A stretch of 62,144 bases of DNA, the filler included, from Asterionella formosa (lineage: Eukaryota), in NCBI GenBank assembly GCA_002256025.1. It is 9 parts of 9 records of this genome, joined end to end, with 100 filler letters (N's around TTAATTAATTAA, not from the genome) between each part and the next. Parts side by side here need not be neighbours in the genome. Positions count along the whole stretch, not along the records: positions 1 to 6,837 come from NKIB01012595.1; positions 6,938 to 13,768 come from NKIB01012596.1; positions 13,869 to 20,693 come from NKIB01012597.1; 6 more parts are not named here. One strand, 5' to 3'. The position numbers and the translations under genes were made by a program. Below the pieces are notes generated by a model. That model searched no databases, had not been told where the DNA came from, and saw only the letters and a program-made list of their open reading frames with translations. This document shows positions 1 to 15,411 of this stretch, piece after piece; the stretch's first letter is position 1; the number at the start of each line of letters is the position of its first letter.

Positions 1-103
1 CTGGTTGGTCCTCGTTCCTACCAAGGGTATGGTACCAGGGTACTATTCAGGGCGTGTAATAGCTGTCGTACCAGCTATCTTCTCACAAAACGAAATCAAA
101 ACA

Positions 104-2590
<2,487 letters not shown>

Positions 2591-2918
2591 GATCGCTTTT
2601 CGAGGCGGTCGCCACTTTACTTTTATAATCTTGTTTGCCTTCTTTTATTCTCAGTGGTTGTTCGTTGATTGATTTTTGATTATCTCCAAGAGTGTGGAGG
2701 ATAATCCCTCCATCTGCTATTTGTTTACATTCCTTGTTGACTATAATAAAAAACGCGGCAACAATTTTTTCATTTGCATTGTTATTTTCCTTGATATTCT
2801 TATTGACACCAGAGAGACCAAGTCCCTCCCTCGGAGGAAAACGGTTCAACAAGGAACCGGCAGCAAAGAATCATATCTAGCGGGATAAGCTATCCTGTAT
2901 TCGTTAGGATTCCGACCG

Positions 2919-3563
2919 NNNNNNNNNNNNNNNNNNNNNNNNNNNNNNNNNNNNNNNNNNNNNNNNNNNNNNNNNNNNNNNNNNNNNNNNNNNNNNNNNN
3001 NNNNNNNNNNNNNNNNNNNNNNNNNNNNNNNNNNNNNNNNNNNNNNNNNNNNNNNNNNNNNNNNNNNNNNNNNNNNNNNNNNNNNNNNNNNNNNNNNNNN
3101 NNNNNNNNNNNNNNNNNNNNNNNNNNNNNNNNNNNNNNNNNNNNNNNNNNNNNNNNNNNNNNNNNNNNNNNNNNNNNNNNNNNNNNNNNNNNNNNNNNNN
3201 NNNNNNNNNNNNNNNNNNNNNNNNNNNNNNNNNNNNNNNNNNNNNNNNNNNNNNNNNNNNNNNNNNNNNNNNNNNNNNNNNNNNNNNNNNNNNNNNNNNN
3301 NNNNNNNNNNNNNNNNNNNNNNNNNNNNNNNNNNNNNNNNNNNNNNNNNNNNNNNNNNNNNNNNNNNNNNNNNNNNNNNNNNNNNNNNNNNNNNNNNNNN
3401 NNNNNNNNNNNNNNNNNNNNNNNNNNNNNNNNNNNNNNNNNNNNNNNNNNNNNNNNNNNNNNNNNNNNNNNNNNNNNNNNNNNNNNNNNNNNNNNNNNNN
3501 NNNNNNNNNNNNNNNNNNNNNNNNNNNNNNNNNNNNNNNNNNNNNNNNNNNNNNNNNNNNNNN
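2919..3563. other. Intra-scaffold assembly gap
   Basis: Run of N with no linker motif. Confidence 0.99.
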
Positions 3564-4730
3564 AAGATTTCCAATAATGTCCATTTCGATGCTGCCATCT
3601 CGTCGCTCAACACCACCCCTAGGATCAGGCTTCACAATCTGTCTGTTGTTTCCATTGTTGTTCTGGCCTGGGTCGTTGGGAGGGAGAGCATCCATCTTGC
3701 ACAATCTGCTGCGATTCAAGCGATAAACATAGTTGAGCAAAAAGCAACGATAGAAATACGTGGGATGCAGATCGGCTGGAATTCCATACGGTTTACAACA
3801 GATTAATATTATCAACAAAGAAATGGTGCCCTATGTCGGTGAAGCATCTTCTGGAAAAAGAGAACTGACTTGACAAATGGGTGCCGATAATCGATGCAAC
3901 TATTTTCGGACAGAGGGAGTACTCAATTCGTAGGATTCTACGTGCCACTTCGACAGAACAACGCCATCTCCTTCTTTCCATTCTAATGATTGGATAATGA
4001 TTGGGACAAGAGAACTCTTTCTTATACTATCCTGCTATTCTAACCATTCGTCCAGTACGTTCATTTCCGGGACATCAATCGTTCCGTCTCACCTTAGATT
4101 TGGCGACACTTTTCTGCCCATTGATATTGGACTTGAATATGGTAGCGGACTTGCGCTCCGCCGTTGTCAGCACGTACGGGTATACTGGTAGATACCGGTA
4201 CATGATACCTGGTGCCGGATGCCGGTATGTGTATGTTTTTACCGGTAAAACCCTGGAAAGGTCCACTATGAAATAGTGCACATTTTATCGCACATTTTCA
4301 CTTACAATTCACTCCCAATGATTCATCCCATGCCTGCTAGACAAGATAGGCCAGGTTTCGATGAAAATATAATACCTTAAGTAATTTTGGAAAACATTAC
4401 TCTTATTGATTTGCAGAATCAAACTCTAAACTTGACTTGGATTTGCTGCCTGGCAGATCAACCCCTTCAGCAAACTGGCTGTCTTCTTGTTTTGGAATAC
4501 AAAGAATAGGAATCATTCTACATTTAGTAGAACTTGCTGATTATGAATTGAACTTAATGACTACAAATAAAATTTGCTGACAATGACTAGAACATAAAGG
4601 TGAATTTGAATAGATTTCTGCTAATGCAAATGAAGTACCTGGTAGTTTCTATCCATAGCACGATTCAGCAAAATAAAGCAATAGCAGAATTCTTTTAGTG
4701 GCAAAAACAAGAGAACACACAGCATGCAAC

Positions 4731-6795
4731 TATGACTTTCAGGAAACATAAGGAAATTTGTGCAATTTCTCGATGTTTCCAAAATTGGACTTTTCTGGTT
4801 AAAGTAAAAAACCACCTATCCTTCGTTCTGGATTAAAAAAGTAATAAGAAACCAACAGGACAAGGGAAATCATCATAAAATGATTCTTCCTGGTGACCAC
4901 AAAATGAGGTCAAAATTACTTCTCATCATTCAGCAACTTCAGACACATCTTCAACACAAGATTTTAAGTTCCTGGAAATCACCGAAAGAGTGCTTGTGAC
5001 ACTCCTGGCTGGTACTCTCCCCCAACAGACCCACACAGAACTCAAGTCTGCCACTCTGACTTTTCCTTGTATGGCAAACCACGTTCACAATTTCGAAGAA
5101 AGTTGTAGAACCGACAGGATTACCTAGAAACAAACCAAGTTGAAACGGACATTAGATTCCTTATTCCAAGTTCATACAATACTCCAGCCTGATTATGTTT
5201 TTCCGGGAACCATGAAGCACTCCTGGGTTTGCTCCAAGATTTGTTGATGTGACAGTGTGTTCCATCAACCGTAATAATGAATATCTCATCATTATATTTT
5301 CCATTGTCAAAGTCCCAAATATTTTTTCTTACAAATAGCATGCAAACAGAGGAGCAGATGAACCATGCTGATTTTTAGTTACAGTCAAAAATTTCTTGTG
5401 ATCCAGTGAAAGTCATTGCTTACTTTTTTAACCTTGAGAGCTTGAATGGCTTTCATGTAGATCCAAATCCATTTTCGTGCAGTCTTCTTGAAAATTTTAA
5501 AAGAACTCGCAAATTCTTCTTCGATATTGTAAATGCACAGCCAATTCATCGACATCATGAAGTAGGCAGGGGTTAAACTTCTTCTTTTCTTTTCTCGTGT
5601 TACTGTCCTTGCCTGGTTCTTCTTCTGGCTGTTTGCGTTGTGTTGATACCATTTCCATGAATTCCCCAACTTTGCGTAGTGTTTGTTTGTTTAAAATACC
5701 AAATCGACCTCCACCATGCAATCGCTGATTTTCACCGCTCCTGCGTTAATCTATGTTTGCTTTTCCATTTCCTCCTCTTTCTGCATTCTCTTTTTGTCGG
5801 ATTTCATTACTATCGTATGGTTCTGCCCACATGTATTATTTGTTCTTTCTTTGCCTTGTTGGCCGCTTGCATAGCGCCTTTCGTCATGGTGAATCGGTCG
5901 TGTTCAGTAACTATTAACTATCAGGACCCGGAGGTCCCTGTAGCTTCCTTAAAACTTAATTATGTGATCAGCGCTGTAGCACTGTAGTAGTCTTTGTTAT
6001 AATCGCCTTTATACTTGGCAAAAAGTATAGTTGTTGGTAAGTAATTGAATTTGACCAATCAAAATATTTATGGTGAAGCGGGCACTTACAATTGAATTTT
6101 TTTGTGCAGGAGATTGTAGGACAAAAATTGAATCACAAGACTCCGATTCCGATGATGACGTTTTGGCGATTATTGATTCTGATTCTGACATTTTGGAGAC
6201 CGTTGAAAAGACTGATATTCTCGAATTTTTGGATGAAAATTAACGTTGCCATGATTTGAAAAAGAGTTAAATACAATGGTAATTTTCATGTAGCCCTAGA
6301 AGTTAACTTTCGGCGAGAAAGTGCAGAAAGGAACTTTGTTTTTTTACTAAGCCAAATAAACTAGTTTGCTCGGTTATATTCACTATTTTCAGCATAGCTA
6401 CTAGTAGTTTAAAAAACCGAAGTTCCTTTCTGCACTGCTCCACAGATCCTATATCCTGACGAAGTGTTTTTATAAAGTTGAGTTGACCTATATCCCTGCT
6501 TTGTCAGAAGACTGTATTTAAGCATATGGAAAGAGTGTATATTGGTGAAAGGTCCGTTTAGCGATACTCATGTTCTTTTTACTCATACGAAGTGCGTGTT
6601 TGACTACTCTGATTCAATATTACTATTTTAACCCTACATCTAATCTAGGTTAGAAATACAGGAACCTTAATCCAGAACAAAAGATAGGTGGTTTTTCCAC
6701 TTTGGCCAGAAAAGCCCAAGTTTGGAGACTTTTCGTGTAATTACACGCATTTCCTGAAATTTGCTGACATTTCCTTACTTTTCCTGAAGGTCATA
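4731..6795 (-). mobile_element. Degraded PIF/Harbinger-ISL2EU-like DNA transposon (DDE_Tnp_4-type transposase remnant about 4930-5670) bounded by 105-130 bp inverted repeats
   Basis: Minus-strand fragments FIITVDGTHCHI...WFPEKHNQAGVLYELGI and KTARKWIWIYMKAIQALK, broken by frameshifts. 4731-4836 is an imperfect reverse complement of 6667-6795. Confidence 0.72.
6130..6670 (+). mobile_element. End of Kolobok-like family F (...TACAGGAACC|TTAA), nested inside the Harbinger-like element
   Basis: Reverse-complement homology to 47733-48060, including the acidic peptide DSDDDVLA..SDSDILET.EK. Ends CC followed by TTAA at 6667-6670. Confidence 0.7.
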
Positions 6796-6837
6796 TAAAT
6801 GGAGTCATTCCGGAATTTCCATTTGTCCAATGAGTAA

Positions 6838-6937
6838 NNNNNNNNNNNNNNNNNNNNNNNNNNNNNNNNNNNNNNNNNNNNTTAATTAATTAANNNNNNN
6901 NNNNNNNNNNNNNNNNNNNNNNNNNNNNNNNNNNNNN
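6838..6937. other. Artificial scaffold-joining linker (N44-TTAATTAATTAA-N44)
   Basis: Same 100-nt linker occurs 8 times and has stop codons in all six frames. Confidence 0.97.
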
Positions 6938-6938
6938 A

Positions 6939-7460
6939 AGGGTTTTCAATATTTTCCATCCCTTTGACCCCGTTGCTTACCGCATGGAACCTTTAATTGA
7001 CCCACGAAATGCAGATATCGAACCCAAGATTATTTCACACTGGAATGGAGGATATAGAGTTCAATACCAGACGAAACGACTCTGGAAAAGAATTGTCATT
7101 GAAACAAAGAAGACTCAAGAATCCGTGATGGATGTCGTGGAAGCTCAAATGTCACGCCTAGGTCTACTGGACACATTGTCAGAGGAGGAAGACGAAGCCA
7201 TGGAAACGTTGTCGGAGGACGTGCCACTTGATCCGATATGTGGTAGTCTGAACGAAGGCCGAAGAATTGACTACATGATACAGGAGAAAGAGATTGAGAA
7301 TGCCAACGAATATGTCGCGGCGCTTGCTGCGCACTCCAGCTATTGGACGGAGAAGGACCTGAGCTTGTTTGTTGCTCGTCAAATCGTTCGAAGCACCCTA
7401 GAGTCTGCCTGGATCGATACAACCAAAACTTCTAACTTCGAATCTGATATTGATTTTTAA
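6939..7460 (+). CDS. DDHD-domain phospholipase A1-like protein, 3' part (5' end cut by scaffold edge)
   Basis: FNIFHPFDPVAYRMEPLID, RRIDYMIQE and AAHSSYW match DDHD-domain motifs. Confidence 0.9.
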   Translation, partial: RVFNIFHPFDPVAYRMEPLIDPRNADIEPKIISHWNGGYRVQYQTKRLWKRIVIETKKTQESVMDVVEAQMSRLGLLDTLSEEEDEAMETLSEDVPLDPICGSLNEGRRIDYMIQEKEIENANEYVAALAAHSSYWTEKDLSLFVARQIVRSTLESAWIDTTKTSNFESDIDF

Positions 7461-7656
7461 TTGATTGGAATACACAACTTTTTGTCTCCATGTGAAAATG
7501 CATTCGTTGAACTCGACAATGGCTAGGTCGCTGTATGACGACAGCGAATGATGCGTCGATTTCTGTCATACTACTAACATTCCTGTATAACTATCAGCTC
7601 ATCTTTCTCGACATGCAACAGCATTAATAACAATTATCATGCATGGACGTGTCCAT

Positions 7657-9878
7657 CTATTTGAGATTCACAGGACTTTTCATACCAATCTCTGCAACAG
7701 TTGTAAAAATGCTCGGTCTCAGCGTAACGTTGTTGTCAAAACTATTTAGAGTATCACTTTCACTTGTTCCCCTAGAAGCGCCACTCAATAAACCTGTCCT
7801 TTCTGACGGAGGTGTGTCATCACCTGGAGTAGCGGGTGGAGGGGCCTGTGGAAGTACACTTCCCATATATTGACCTACCATTGAGTCATTGGCGCCATCC
7901 TCTTCCTCGCCCTTATGCAGGGGTTGTCGGCAAGTTAGGGCAGATGTACCGCGTAGATTCTCGTCTGCTTCAACAAGAGCATCCCAGTCCTCGTTGTCTA
8001 GAATCTTGCTAGCCAAAAGACGCGCTGTCGCTTCCTCGATTTCGGGATCGTCAACACTCAAACTTATCGCAATCTGATCCTCCACAGCATGCACATCAAA
8101 TGAATATCCATCGTATCCGGCTTCATCACATTCTGAGTCAGCCATCATTGTCATTGCTTGTGTCGCTTCATCATCGCCATTACCACCCGGCTCGCGCTCA
8201 TCTTCGTTGCCCTCTGGAACAGTTGGTTGCTTTGGTATCTTTGGCATCGTTGACTTTGATCTCAAAATCAATTTCAAATCATTCATAAAATCTCCAAGAG
8301 CAATACTATCACCAAACTTTCCGTTGCGCTCATGCGATGCTCTGTAACCTTCTTCCCATTCGTTCGTCGGAAATGTGTAAAAATGCGCGATTGAAAATAA
8401 AAGCATCTCCAAGCAAATTAAAAAGTTCTGCGCTGATTTAGCCCATTCTGCGGCGTTTTTGCCACCCACATCGGTTGTATTTGCCAAAAGCGATATTGCC
8501 AGCCCTTGCCAGAACGTCATGAAAACAACTCCTTTGATGCACAGAAACTTCGCAAAAGGTCGACACCATGCAAGTTGCTTATCGACAGCATGATAAAACT
8601 TCATAAGGCCTGTGAATGCGATAAAAACACTGGCGTTCTGAGCAGCAACAATGTAGAACTGAGGTGATCGATAATCCATTGGATTCCCAGTAGGCCCATA
8701 GTATCCATACTTGTCTAGCACAAACATAGCTATAGTCAGCGTCGGCCGCATGAACACGAATTGTAAGGCAAATATCTGACATTGTAGCAAGACGGCACTG
8801 GCCATGTCCCTATCGGAGTCATATGGATTTCGATTGCACATGCAATCTAGTCGAAATGGAGGCGACAAGTGACCCGCATTTGCCGCCAATAAGTCTACTA
8901 CAGCGCTTCGGTCCCCGCGTCCCAATACCGAAATGCAAAAGGAAAGAAACTGATAAATAATGTAGGCCTTTTTGTGTGCGAGAAGTATCAGTCAGATGAA
9001 GGAGGTTCAACTTGCCTGCTATACACTGGTACCAGAATGACAAACATGCTCACCTCATAGAAATCTTTAACTATTGCAAGGTATCCCTCTGCTTCATGAA
9101 AGACCAAGCTAAACCAGGAGGTAATGGCGTAAATTGGACACATCCACAGAATAGCTAAAATTTTTCTCTGAATTACCGGTTGATTGAATTTTCGCAGATG
9201 TGCTGTCATGTGCCACATCGAAATGAGCCCACTCAATAATGTGAAAGTACCAGCCAGTTGATATACTAAGGAAAGCACTTAATCAGCATCCTTGCACATG
9301 TCAACAAACGAACACTTCCCCCAAAAGCTTGACTTACCCATGAAAGAATTCTCCATACTAAACTGATCCTGCGTCGTTCGCACGTACTGCTCCACATCAA
9401 TCTTGACTTTGTTAACTTCATCTTCGATTTCAGCCTGAGCCTTCGTGACAGTTTGATCTAACAGATTCACGGTATTTTGAAGCTCGATACTAATTTCCTT
9501 CTCAGCTATCATCAGGTCGCCTTTCAATTCACTCACAGTGGCGTTCAGAGCATTCTCCAAACTTTTCAATCGACCCAGCACGTCACTATTAGTAACGGCA
9601 TTATTGAATCTCTGTATGACTTCCTCTTGTCCCGCAACAACTTCCTGTAACTTGCTAATTTTTGATTCGTCCAGTGCAATTTCCAAACTTAGCTCGCGAA
9701 TCTCGGATTGAAAGTATAGCGACGTAGCCACCAAAACAACCAAGGTGAGCACCGCAATGAATCGGTTCGTCATTATTCCGCGATGGGAGGCCCTCGAGGA
9801 TGATTCCGACGAGTCACATTTCGACTCTTGGGGACTCCGGAGCCGAATCAAGGGATCTAAAGACGAATCAAGAGCCAT
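7657..9878 (-). CDS. TMEM184/OST-alpha (organic solute transporter) family protein; exons 9878-9338, 9265-9054, 8967-7657
   Basis: QRKILAILWMCPIYAITSW, KDFYEAYIIYQFL, KFLCIKGVVFMTFWQG, QNFLICLEMLLFSIAHFYTF. GT-AG introns at 9337-9266 and 9053-8968 join the frames. Confidence 0.92.
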
Positions 9879-10742
9879 GATTCATTCCTACTTTAGAATC
9901 AAATTCGATACGGATTCTTCAATCGGACGATTTAGCTTTTCCGTCTGTTTCTTGATGCTTGTCCTCCGCTCAATTACAGAGATACATGCAGCCTTTAAAG
10001 CTCAAGGCAGAAAGATTGTTCAATAGTTGTATCAAAATGGTCGGCAACTTCTTCGACCGTGTGAATTGATGTACTTTCGATAAAGAAGAGCACTTCTACA
10101 CAACTGAGGTGTACATTTTTATGTAGTGAGTGTGGCATGGGAAATGGAGGACGAAAAATGAAAGAGAATTCATTTGTCGTAGCGGCGAGAACACATCACG
10201 TGTGAGATGTGTGATACGAGCACGCCCTCCTCATAGTCCCGGTACCGTTATTACCAGGATAAACCGGTCCTTGGTAGTTATTACTTTGCAACAGGCAACC
10301 TCGAAATATAAAACGGTAATATACCGGTAGTCGCCTAGTTTTTATTTGTATTCTGGACCGCCCAGTGGTGGTTTATAGTATGTTTCATGGTCGGCCTGCT
10401 CGTCAATGAACCAGCCGAAGGGGGTACGACCAGATACCATATGCACGATAGATGGTTCATAAATTTACGGCATCAATGCATATATTTATACCAGGACCTG
10501 GTGCTTTATCATGCCGGTAGTATATTTAATCAAAGAAATGGTCGTGTTCCAACTTCTTATTGTACCGGTACCATGGTAGCATATTCCGGGATGGTACACA
10601 TAAATATTTTATCGACATAAGTCAGTACCAGGTACCGATTTGCCTATAGATACAGAAGGTGTCATATACATTTACTACCGGTATTGCGACAAAGCGAAAA
10701 TGATGGCTTCTCATACATTTACTAAAATACAACTGGTTTGGT

Positions 10743-12419
10743 TTAGATGTCAACGATGTCATCAGAAGTCGTTGATGCAGTGGAGTGTATTCGATTCCAT
10801 ACAGTATACCCTTCGGCCGAGGATATGAGGAAGGAACCGTTATCTCCGTCGTCCAGCCTTGCCTTGACCCACCAATCCCTCGGGACGTTAGATTGATCAG
10901 TCAACGAGAACATCGAAGTTGAGGCAACTTGCCCGACGACAGTTTCTCTCATCAAGTCTCTCATTTCGTATTTGGATCCATCGCTTAAAACTCCGTGTAG
11001 TTGTACGTCTTTCAGCTTCCCTGTCCTTTGACATTGCTCTATTAAAACTTCACTTACGGCCAGACTACCACGTCCATTTAGGTTTGCTCCCCGCCCAGGA
11101 TTTGATCTTTGCGCTGCTCCTGTAGAATCACCGACCCAATTTGTGTCACCAGAGTAGCTCGTGTCGCAACAAATTATCATCTTATTATTGTCGATTCGAA
11201 TTGGTGTGGGCATATCTCCACTAGGTTGATGACCTGACAAGATAATTTGAACTTCGGCCTCATCGAAAAACCGGCTTGTCATCGTCACAAATGAGGCATC
11301 CTCGTTACTTCCACTAGGAAAGAAACGCCTCGGCATACCATTTGTCTGCCAGCTATTGTACACGACTGTCCTATTCCTCTTCCCATTCGGGGTCCAACCA
11401 TAACCGTATTGCATCAAATTGCTATATGCATTCCCCCTTGATGGCAAAAAGTGGTACCCCCCTCGCTCGGCCCAACAACCACTGTCAGGGAGACCTGAAA
11501 TTTCCAGCTCTGCTATTGACTTGGCCCATGATCTTAGTTGTTCCTCAGCGAATGATTTTGTGCACTTCATCCAGTCAAGTATATTATCTGGAGCTGGTCG
11601 ATTTTCCTTTGAGGGATCTCTCCAGGGCATGGCAAATTCAAAGTTGCTCCATATTGAATTTTCGCCCATTTCAAGGACTTCTGGCGTGAATGGCAGTGCA
11701 CCATGCACCACAAATAGAGATCCCAACTTTAGTGCCAAATGAGCTTGATGTAAATACTGGCCCATTTCTCCTGTTGGATGACAAGATCGACGATAGGACT
11801 TGACGACGTCGTCATCGGTCACAGAGCCCGCCTTCCCACTTCTCATAAGCTCACTCTCTAACTCAGCTTTGCGCAATTTAAATGCGTGTGGACTTCCCAT
11901 CGTATACCGCAAAATCCATTTCAGTCGTTTAACGGGACAGGTTTGCGAAATCCCTGCATTCTCCAAAAGGGGATCACCAGGTCGGCCTGTTCCCGACAAA
12001 TAGTAAACACCTCGATGCGGTGGCAGCTTGTCGATGCCAAGCTCGTTCAGTATTCTCAGCTTGTTCAGATCTCTATTTCCCATGATGAAGTGAACTCTCG
12101 CTGGATACCGCCGCTTCAAATCGAGTAGCTGTCGAATGCAATAAAGATCGTGCCCGCCTTTGTCCCACATGTCACCCCCAAAGATGAGTTCGCCATTCGG
12201 GTCTGTAAAGTCAATGCATCGGTCATACGGTAGGTCGCTGCTAGAATCTCTAAAATCTAAAATCTTGGATTGCTCAACATAGCGCTCCAAATAGGCCTTG
12301 TCCCCTTCAACGTCAGTCAAATAGGTGAAGGTTCGAGTATCACTGGAAAAGTGGCGTGGTATCCACCATTGCTGAATTGAATGGTTCAGCGTTGCTGTTG
12401 TACGAGAGAATCGGTGCAT
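10743..12419 (-). CDS. Calcineurin-like metallophosphoesterase superfamily protein (uncharacterised)
   Basis: Intronless ORF with metal-binding motifs in order: TDVEGD, GGDMWDKG, GNRD, VHG, GHQP. Start placed at the first ATG (MHRFSR...). Confidence 0.85.
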   Translation of the reverse strand: MHRFSRTTATLNHSIQQWWIPRHFSSDTRTFTYLTDVEGDKAYLERYVEQSKILDFRDSSSDLPYDRCIDFTDPNGELIFGGDMWDKGGHDLYCIRQLLDLKRRYPARVHFIMGNRDLNKLRILNELGIDKLPPHRGVYYLSGTGRPGDPLLENAGISQTCPVKRLKWILRYTMGSPHAFKLRKAELESELMRSGKAGSVTDDDVVKSYRRSCHPTGEMGQYLHQAHLALKLGSLFVVHGALPFTPEVLEMGENSIWSNFEFAMPWRDPSKENRPAPDNILDWMKCTKSFAEEQLRSWAKSIAELEISGLPDSGCWAERGGYHFLPSRGNAYSNLMQYGYGWTPNGKRNRTVVYNSWQTNGMPRRFFPSGSNEDASFVTMTSRFFDEAEVQIILSGHQPSGDMPTPIRIDNNKMIICCDTSYSGDTNWVGDSTGAAQRSNPGRGANLNGRGSLAVSEVLIEQCQRTGKLKDVQLHGVLSDGSKYEMRDLMRETVVGQVASTSMFSLTDQSNVPRDWWVKARLDDGDNGSFLISSAEGYTVWNRIHSTASTTSDDIVDI

Positions 12420-12869
12420 AATATGTACTGTCAGCACGAAATGGACCAATCCATGCAACTATTTACTAGTTTATCGATGAACCACACAAATCGGCACAAC
12501 CACAGACATGGTGAACTGCCTTCGTTTTGATGATTCTTGTGCGTGTGATGAGCACTTCGTTACATAATATATAGTACGTACGATTATATCTACCGGTACT
12601 TGGTACCTGGTACCTGGTACCATATGCACTAACAAACATCAAGTCATACTCCATGATACTGGTCGTAGCTGGTACCTAAAAAGCTATGCCAGTACTATGT
12701 GGATACCGGTATGTAGCTATTATTAGATGCTAGGATGTACACACGTTTTATGAATATGACGAGATTACAAAAATCTGGCTTGATTGCTCCTTCATATTGT
12801 CGTCGAGGTAACGACGCCGAGTCATGGGTTTTACCGCATTCTCCTTCCATTCAATATACCGGTATATAT

Positions 12870-13577
12870 ATTTAGGAAAAAGTTATTTCGTCCCCCTATA
12901 TCGATATTTCGTCCCCCTCTTTTTGATAAACCCTTAAACCCTACTAGCCTACATAGTCTTCGTATAAACCACCAATACTTTTTTGCCACACGAATTTTAG
13001 TTGACTCCTCCACGACACTGCCGTTCTAACGCATGCACATCATTGTGTTCGAATTGACTCTGATGCCTCCTCAACCAAAGCTGTCAGAACCTATTGGGGA
13101 CAATACAGAGGAGGGAGATGAAAATTTATCCGACGTCAATCTAATGGATCAAGTCACATTTGATTCTCGGGAAAAATGCATTGAAGCTGTTACCAAGTAT
13201 TATAAGGATATGTAAGCTCTGGAACATTCCAAAGCACCGATTTTCACGAGCATTGGATGCTTCAGCATGAGACTTCATCCCCAGCAGCCAATGTCTCCTC
13301 TCCACGACAGAAGCGGCTGAACTCAATCCAAGAGACCCTATATTCGGTAGATGCTGATCAAGTTCCCGTTTTATTGCAAAGACTTGAGGAAGCCACTTCT
13401 CGACCGCTACATATGCTTTCAAATCCAGTGGTCAGTGTAGTTAGGAAGCGTGGACGTCCTCCAGGCTCTAAGAACCGTGTTAATCAACGAGATAAGTCAA
13501 GATTTGAATATGTCAGTGGAAATCAATGTGGTAATTGTGGGGTGAATGGGCACAATTCACGTACCTGTCCCAAATGA
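12870..13577 (+). mobile_element. Internally deleted MULE/Mutator-like element remnant
   Basis: N-terminal FDSREKCIEAV segment followed directly by C-terminal RKRGRPPGSKN...CGNCGVNGHNSRTC zinc knuckle, with no DDE core. Repeated TATTTCGTCCCCCT motif at about 12883-12919 near the putative end. Confidence 0.6.
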
Positions 13578-13768
13578 ATAGATATCCTTATTTTTAGTAA
13601 ATCATATCATATATATTTAGTCAATGCAATCTGAACTACACTTTGAATGCTATTAATTGTTAAACAAAGACTCAATTGTAAACACCTGGTAAATTGAATA
13701 TTTTGATCAATATGTTGTAACAAAGAAATTACCTTTGCACAATACCTGTTGATGCCACTGTCTACACA

Positions 13769-13868
13769 NNNNNNNNNNNNNNNNNNNNNNNNNNNNNNNN
13801 NNNNNNNNNNNNTTAATTAATTAANNNNNNNNNNNNNNNNNNNNNNNNNNNNNNNNNNNNNNNNNNNN
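13769..13868. other. Artificial scaffold-joining linker
   Basis: N44-TTAATTAATTAA-N44. Confidence 0.97.
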
Positions 13869-14279
13869 TGAGCCATCTGCTCGAAGGGTCCACACATTTG
13901 GAGTAGAATCTCTATTTGTCAAGAACGATCCGTCAGCTACTGGAGAATTAGGTGCATTCATTAAGGATCGACAGGTGGGAAGTGTCTGTATAGTTTTTGT
14001 TGGTGTAGTGCTGGTGCTAGTGCCAGCAATTGCATCTTCCAATCTTTTCACGTGTGCTCGTAGAGTGGAAATGTCAAGTAGATCTTGTTGCGCTGTAGTA
14101 CCGGCAGCGAACACCCATTGTTGTCGGTTGCGGTCAAAAATTGATTGTAGCAAACCTGCGCCCGATAACAATTGGAAACCAATGAAACCTACAAACAAAA
14201 CTGATATTGGAAGCAACAAGTGCAACGACTTGTTAGTTCTTGTTTTCCCCTGCTGCTGAGGAGTTCGCACCAGCACCAT
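13869..14279 (-). CDS. 5' part of a probable type II membrane protein of unknown function (3' end cut by scaffold edge)
   Basis: ATG at 14279, hydrophobic LLLPISVLFVGFIGFQLL, short coiled-coil, open frame running into the linker. Confidence 0.5.
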
Positions 14280-15411
14280 GCTGATGACGATGATAGGAGT
14301 GTTGAAACCACAAGCTATAGGCAGAACTGTCTTCAATTGTGTCTATGAGAAATGAGACAACAATGGCCAGAAAATAGTCTACGTGGGTGATTTTACCAAG
14401 TTACACAACCGACACTGGTCGTAAACCAGGTCGATACATTAGCGAACCTTCCTGACTTTCGTTTACTGACATACCGGCAGTACTAAGAACCGGAAGTTTA
14501 GTACATACCGGTACCGAACTTGGTCAACCTGTAGTACCCTCCTACTCCGGAGTAAATCGGGGACACCGGTAGATAAAATCAAATAATGACCCCAGAAGGA
14601 GGTCCGGTAAAACACGTTTCCAAATTATGATAAATATCAAGCTAAATATCTCGATTACCGGACATTTCAAAGAAGTAGCAACTACCTATTCCTAGGTACC
14701 CCTGGTACCAACATATGATTACCGTCGTGAACAAATGATATAAACAAAGAAAGACAAATTAAAATATTGTTGCTCTGCCCAATTTTTTTGTATCTCCAAG
14801 ATCCGGGCGGTATGTTGCATCCAGCAACACTTTTTTTGTTGCTGCTCCGAAGAAATGTTTATCTCTGTGTATCGCTATAGATGCATACTACAGTGTTAAG
14901 CTACACAACTAATTCTATAAAATTTAATTGATGTCATGTGATTCAATTGATCAACAAAGACACCATTTTTATTTCTTATGGCAACAACAGAAACGAATTT
15001 TGGGAGGAGGGATCAACAGCAGATATCATCATTATTGCAACTTGTTTAATTATGGTTTCAGTAAACTCTTGCAACATTTACAAGTTGAATTGCACGTGTG
15101 ACCGACAATGCACCATTCCTTTTATTTTTGGTATCCCTGATGAATGTATGGGATGATCCCATCAATCCACAAAATCCAGAATTCCATGGTAAGGAATCCC
15201 TACTTGAAGACAACCACAAATAGAAGAAACTCAAGAAGAACCAACAGGATGGCTTGATGCTGCGCAAGTGCCCCATTGCTCTGAAGGGAGGATTCAAATC
15301 CAGCTACATTCGCTTTTTCATGACCAAGCAGCCTGTCATAAAGGAGGAGTTGGGGGGCAACACAACTGTGATGGATTGGAATCAGGGACACCCAGTACTC
15401 GTGTGGGTTGA

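Noticed and set aside
2846..3818. Long ORFs running through N gaps (also 52967-53866)
   Set aside because: Their length comes from translating N as X.
6882..6893. Regularly spaced TTAATTAATTAA palindromes as a biological periodic signal
   Set aside because: Always embedded in N44 runs; this is a synthetic six-frame stop linker.
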